Source of the DNA: Candidatus Latescibacterota bacterium
GTDB taxonomy: Bacteria; Latescibacterota; UBA2968; UBA8231
Length of the DNA: 64,000 bases
Direction of reading: 5' to 3'
NCBI GenBank assembly: GCA_965206595.1
Contig: OZ242214.1
Coordinates: forward strand, 3,296,001 to 3,360,000
The number at the start of each line of letters is the position of its first letter. Position 1 is the first letter of the stretch. Below, in pieces: positions 61,573-64,000 of this stretch. A program made the translations under genes and the position numbers. The notes beneath the pieces are model-generated. The model was not told the origin of the DNA and searched no databases. It worked only from the letters and a program-made list of their open reading frames with translations.

Positions 61573-61649
61573 CACCGTGCCCCCAGCTTCGGGGCTAAAG
61601 CCCCTTTCGCCCAATCTCTGTGCGGTTCGAGGGCACTTTAATGTTAGGG
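61567..61649 (+). repeat. attC-like site overlapping the stop codon
   Basis: CTATAAC contains the TAA stop; arms GTGCCC/GGGCAC; ends GTTAGGG. Confidence 0.65.
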
Positions 61650-61809
61650 GGAAACGTTATGTTGAAACCGGAAGAGAGATCCGAATTCAACTTTCTTGGT
61701 TATCTCCGTCTTCGCGGCGCGATACCAATACCAGAAGGAGACGTTTAACTGGTGGGTGACCGGATATGGGAAGACCTGAAGGAGCGGTGTGGGGCGCTTC
61801 GGAGTGATT

Positions 61810-61873
61810 CAGCGACTCGGCCTACGATCTGCGCTCCGCTTCCGCAGGTTCCAAGCCGGCGGAAACGTTAGGC
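61810..61873 (+). repeat. attC-like 3' remnant ending GTTAGGC
   Basis: Canonical core GTTAGGC at 61867-61873, preceded by AAC as in the other copies and followed by a short ORF. Confidence 0.45.
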
Positions 61874-61923
61874 GAGCATGCTGGCCTGGAGTGGCTACTT
61901 AAAGAGAATCGGGTGCAGAACCA

Positions 61924-62588
61924 ATGGCTAATGCCAGATATGATGGGCTGGCAGAGTGGTACGACGACTTCCTGAAGCAGTCTCTCTACGATGGCGTACT
62001 GAGCACGTTTGCCGCCTTGCGGGTTCAGGAAACGGGCTTTGTATTGATGCCGGCTGTGGAACCGGGACGCACCTTGGCCTGCTGGCGTCACGGGGATGGA
62101 CCGTGGTCGGAGTTGATGTCTCATCGGATCAACTGAGACTGGCGCGCAGGCGATGGCATGCTCTGGTGCAGGGCGATGCCGGACGGATGCCGTTCCATGA
62201 CGCTTGTGCTTCGCGGGTAGTCTCGGTTCTGACGCTCACTGACTTCGATGATGTGGATCCCTTCTTTCACGAAGCGAAGCGCATCCTCTCTCCCGATGGC
62301 CTTCTCGTGGTGATCTCAGTCCATCCTTGTTTCGTGGGTCCTTTTGCCAGGATGGAGGGAGGCCCTGACGGTGTGGCTATGGTGTATCCAGGCTACTGGA
62401 TTACCGGGCGAGTGTTCCAGGGTCCAGGAATTGGCCCGGGGGTTCGGTCGCGTGTTGGCGTACGCCATGTTCCTCTGTCTGAGTTGCTGAACAAGCTATT
62501 ATCGTCGGGTCTTCAGTTAGAACGTGTGGAGGAACTCGGAGAGGGAACCGTGCCTTGGCTGGTGGCATTCAGGGCTAAAAAACCATAG
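61924..62588 (+). pseudogene. Class I SAM-dependent methyltransferase, frameshifted near the 5' end
   Basis: MANARYDGLAEWYD and CIDAGCGTG..GVDVS..QGDA..MPF..HPCF are in different frames. Confidence 0.75.
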
Positions 62589-62700
62589 CCGGAAACAACG
62601 CAACTGGTTTGTGGGGAATGGGTATCTGGAGTGAACCTGGCAACGCCAGCACGGAGTCCCAATTCCGTGATCTGGATGTTTCCTGGGCCCGACCTGACAA

Positions 62701-63351
<651 letters not shown>

Positions 63352-63359
<8 letters not shown>

Positions 63360-63540
63360 TTGGCGGCGGCACTGGCTCCCCTCGCTCCTCAAGACTTTCA
63401 ATGTATAGGGAAATGGTTTCTTTGATGTTTGTGAGCGCTTCGTCACGTGAAACGCCCTGAGAAACGCAACCGGGGAGGGAGGGAACCTCGACGACGAACA
63501 CGCCATCTTCATCTACTTCCACCAAGACTGGGTAGATCAC
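63352..63540 (-). CDS. hicB: HicB-family antitoxin (short form)
   Basis: GGAGG then GTG 63540; YPVLVEVDEDGVFVVEVPSLPGCVSQG.S.DEAL.NIKE.I.LY. Confidence 0.8.
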
Positions 63541-64000
63541 TTCGCCTCCCTTGTCATTTGATAAACCCGTAAGTTGGTCGGCATTGACTCCCAATACGCA
63601 CCATTGTTGTCGGGGGTGAGACAAACAATGACAAATTTCGCGTCCCGACCTGGCCTTAATGATATTGACGGTAACACCTGCCCTGCCGATATCACCAAAA
63701 TTAACGAGATCATACCGTATATAATCATTAAAAGCCGGCTTCACAACCTCCTATGATTGGCTTCAGATCGGCTTCAGAAATTGAATGGCGAGAGTCCGAT
63801 TTGATCTCCCATCGATCATTCTACAAGTACTCTGTCTGCAAAGTCTTTCGGAGCGGAGTATTCCTTCTCGCCAATCCCAAAAAGGGCGCTGCCCCAAAAC
63901 GGATGCCGGTCCGAGGACCAATCCTGCCAACCCATTTGATCAATCATTGCTCGTGTCACCATTTGATTCCCGATGTTGGAGCAAAAAGTCGGTACAAGAT

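Noticed and set aside
50987-61873. Recurring GGCAACCC..GGGTTCGCAAACC motif as a CRISPR repeat
   Set aside because: Copies are kilobases apart, diverged and separated by whole genes, and no cas genes are present. An attC interpretation fits better.

Overview
High-GC bacterial DNA. The PhyH, sulfatase, BNR-sialidase and DUF1080 genes and the C-terminal WGxxK tails suggest a Latescibacterota/Poribacteria-like FCB-group organism (inference only). Positions 1-13 kb are mostly intact metabolic genes, plus a lower-GC SF2 helicase insertion and an ATRR-like adenylation-thiolation-reductase enzyme. From 13 kb on, the window is a defence and mobile-element mosaic with much gene decay. It holds a type III R-M operon with an ABC-ATPase-TOPRIM gene (OLD/PARIS-like) coupled between mod and res, followed by an RloC/PrrC-like ATPase and an MNT-HEPN pair. 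It also has an IetAS-like pair, a truncated TIR-NTPase, a type IIG R-M gene, about nine TA modules (mostly toxin-broken, antitoxin-intact), IS5 and IS701 elements, and a 1.2-kb transposase-less element with 35-bp terminal inverted repeats carrying a passenger gene. From about 51 to 62.6 kb lies a decayed integron-type cassette array (attC sites, no integrase in the window). No rRNA, tRNA or CRISPR array was seen. All family calls come from motif recognition by eye, not database searches.
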